Shown here one piece after another: positions 31,854 to 32,839 of a DNA stretch of 32,839 bases (position 1 is the first letter of the stretch; each line of letters opens with the position of its first letter). The stretch is from positions 1 through 32,839 of the IMG/VR virus record IMGVR_UViG_3300009515_000014; one strand, written 5' to 3'. This stretch comes from a virus. A program made the translations under genes and the position numbers. The notes beneath the pieces were generated by a model. The model had not been told where the DNA came from. It saw nothing but the letters and a program-made list of their open reading frames with translations, and ran no database searches.

Positions 31854-32332
31854 TAAAATTACTTTGGACTAATTCTAAACTTCCACTTTCTAAGTTCATA
31901 ACATGGGGGCTCGATGAGCCGGTTAGCCATTTTGCTATTATGTTCTTTGGTCGAATTATACTTCATTCTAATGTTCTGGGGTTTCATGTCGTTGGCATTA
32001 ACTCTTTCAAAAAGTGGAATGACATAAGGATAGAAAAAGAACTAAAGATAGGTCAACAAAACGGTGTCGACCTAATGCTAGAGCTGATCGAGAAACACGA
32101 CGCCAAAGGATATGACTTCAAGGCTTTCTTCTTCTTCGTTTGGCGCGGTATATTGAGAAAGTTCTTCAGAATAAAACTACCCTCAAAGAGTTCAAACGCG
32201 GGTCCGAACGAGATACTATGCACTGAAGCTGCGAACATGATACCCTTGCCAAGGCTGCAAGAAAAACTCAAAGGGCATGATCTAGCGATAGTCAGCCCCT
32301 ATGCGCTTTATAAGCTTGTAAAGGATTTGTGA
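31850..32332 (+). CDS. Permuted papain-fold (YaeF/YiiX-type NlpC/P60-like) peptidase candidate
   Basis: Start set to ATG 31850 (ATGA overlap); His-before-Cys order VSHFAIMFFGRIILHSN...KGYDF...NEILCTEAANM. Confidence 0.5.
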   Translation: MIKLLWTNSKLPLSKFITWGLDEPVSHFAIMFFGRIILHSNVLGFHVVGINSFKKWNDIRIEKELKIGQQNGVDLMLELIEKHDAKGYDFKAFFFFVWRGILRKFFRIKLPSKSSNAGPNEILCTEAANMIPLPRLQEKLKGHDLAIVSPYALYKLVKDL

Positions 32333-32466
32333 TGTACAATGTTTCAATATTCGTTTTCTACGTTTCAAAAAAAGGCCGCAAAGATAAGAGCCTGAGAAAC
32401 CCTGGCAGAGCTAGAGAGATCGGAAAGAAGAAGGGCAAGGGCAAGGCCAAAGGAAAGGCTAAGTAA
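32332..32466 (+). CDS. Unannotated 44-aa ORF with hydrophobic N-terminus and polybasic tail
   Basis: TGATG overlap; MYNVSIFVFYVSKKGRKDKSLRNPGRAREIGKKKGKGKAKGKAK. Confidence 0.4.
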   Translation: MYNVSIFVFYVSKKGRKDKSLRNPGRAREIGKKKGKGKAKGKAK

Positions 32467-32621
32467 TGTCAGCAGAATCAGATGCCAAACAAGCAGAGGT
32501 TGATGCGAAAGCGGCGCAGATGCTAGCATTCAAAGACGGCGCATACGCTCAGTACTTTGTTTGGGAAGAAGAATTGATGGATCTATTAGAGGAACTTCGC
32601 GTTTTATTGGAGGCTGAATAA
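32466..32621 (+). CDS. Unannotated 51-aa acidic helical ORF
   Basis: TAATG overlaps at both ends; MSAESDAKQAEVDAKAAQMLAFKDGAYAQYFVWEEELMDLLEELRVLLEAE. Confidence 0.45.
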   Translation: MSAESDAKQAEVDAKAAQMLAFKDGAYAQYFVWEEELMDLLEELRVLLEAE

Positions 32622-32839
32622 TGGCTGTAGTCTTTGCCATGCGTGGCGACTCCCTGAATGCTAGATACACGAAGGACTTCAACGAGCCCAACAATGGCGG
32701 CTCCACCACTTCGGCGGTTGTTGCCGACGCTGGTGCCATAGGCGGGTCGGCTATAGACTTCGACTCTGGCTTATATCAAAATCTGAATTATGCAGTTAAC
32801 AAATCAAACCCTGCTGCTTCGGCAATATCTGTTCTATTG
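32621..32839 (+). CDS. LamG-fold virion protein, 5' portion (continues at base 100 after removal of the duplicated 99 bp)
   Basis: ATG 32621 overlaps upstream TAA; open to the window end; in phase with frame 1 at the window start. Confidence 0.7.
   Translation, partial: MAVVFAMRGDSLNARYTKDFNEPNNGGSTTSAVVADAGAIGGSAIDFDSGLYQNLNYAVNKSNPAASAISVLL
32741..32839. repeat. Exact 99-bp direct terminal repeat, copy 2
   Basis: Identical to 1..99. Confidence 0.97.

Noticed and set aside
1-32839. Search by eye for CRISPR arrays, a diversity-generating retroelement, toxin-antitoxin pairs, transposases and rRNA
   Set aside because: No spaced direct-repeat array, no reverse-transcriptase-sized ORF or TR/VR repeat pair, no transposase or IS ends, and no rRNA-like sequence was seen.

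Overview
The window is one complete tailed-phage genome with siphovirus-like organisation, linearised inside a structural gene. The first and last 99 bases are identical, so the unique sequence is 32,740 bp.

Two divergent transcription units leave a control region at 19926-20091 and converge near 11990.

- **Rightward (+):** replication initiator with a candidate internal origin, G39P-like loader candidate, small terminase, two tiny acidic/polybasic ORFs, large terminase, portal, two Mu-G-like morphogenesis paralogues, scaffold and HK97-type major capsid protein. Next comes an unusually long block of beta-rich acidic proteins, a permuted papain-like peptidase, LamG and Ig-like proteins, neck genes and the tail tube. 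Then follow gpG/gpGT chaperones with a textbook A_AAA_AAG -1 frameshift site, tape measure, tail-tip and fibre genes, two small membrane proteins, a glycine-rich fibre and a VRR-NUC nuclease.
- **Leftward (-):** HTH regulator, ERF recombinase, a run of small tightly coupled unknown genes and tRNA-Pro(UGG) with an atypical A37. Next is a cassette in which most products carry export or membrane signals: lipobox and lipoprotein-like proteins, a signal-peptide SNase nuclease and membrane proteins. It ends with a zinc-ribbon plus XRE-HTH pair and a metallophosphoesterase-GNAT-small protein-amidase operon.

No integrase, DNA polymerase, helicase, reverse transcriptase, CRISPR array or rRNA was seen. 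Lipobox and Sec-type signals suggest a diderm host.

The most unusual parts are the exported-protein cassette (14257-16448) and the beta-sandwich gene expansion after the capsid gene. All functional calls rest on motif recognition and synteny by eye; no database search or structure prediction was possible.
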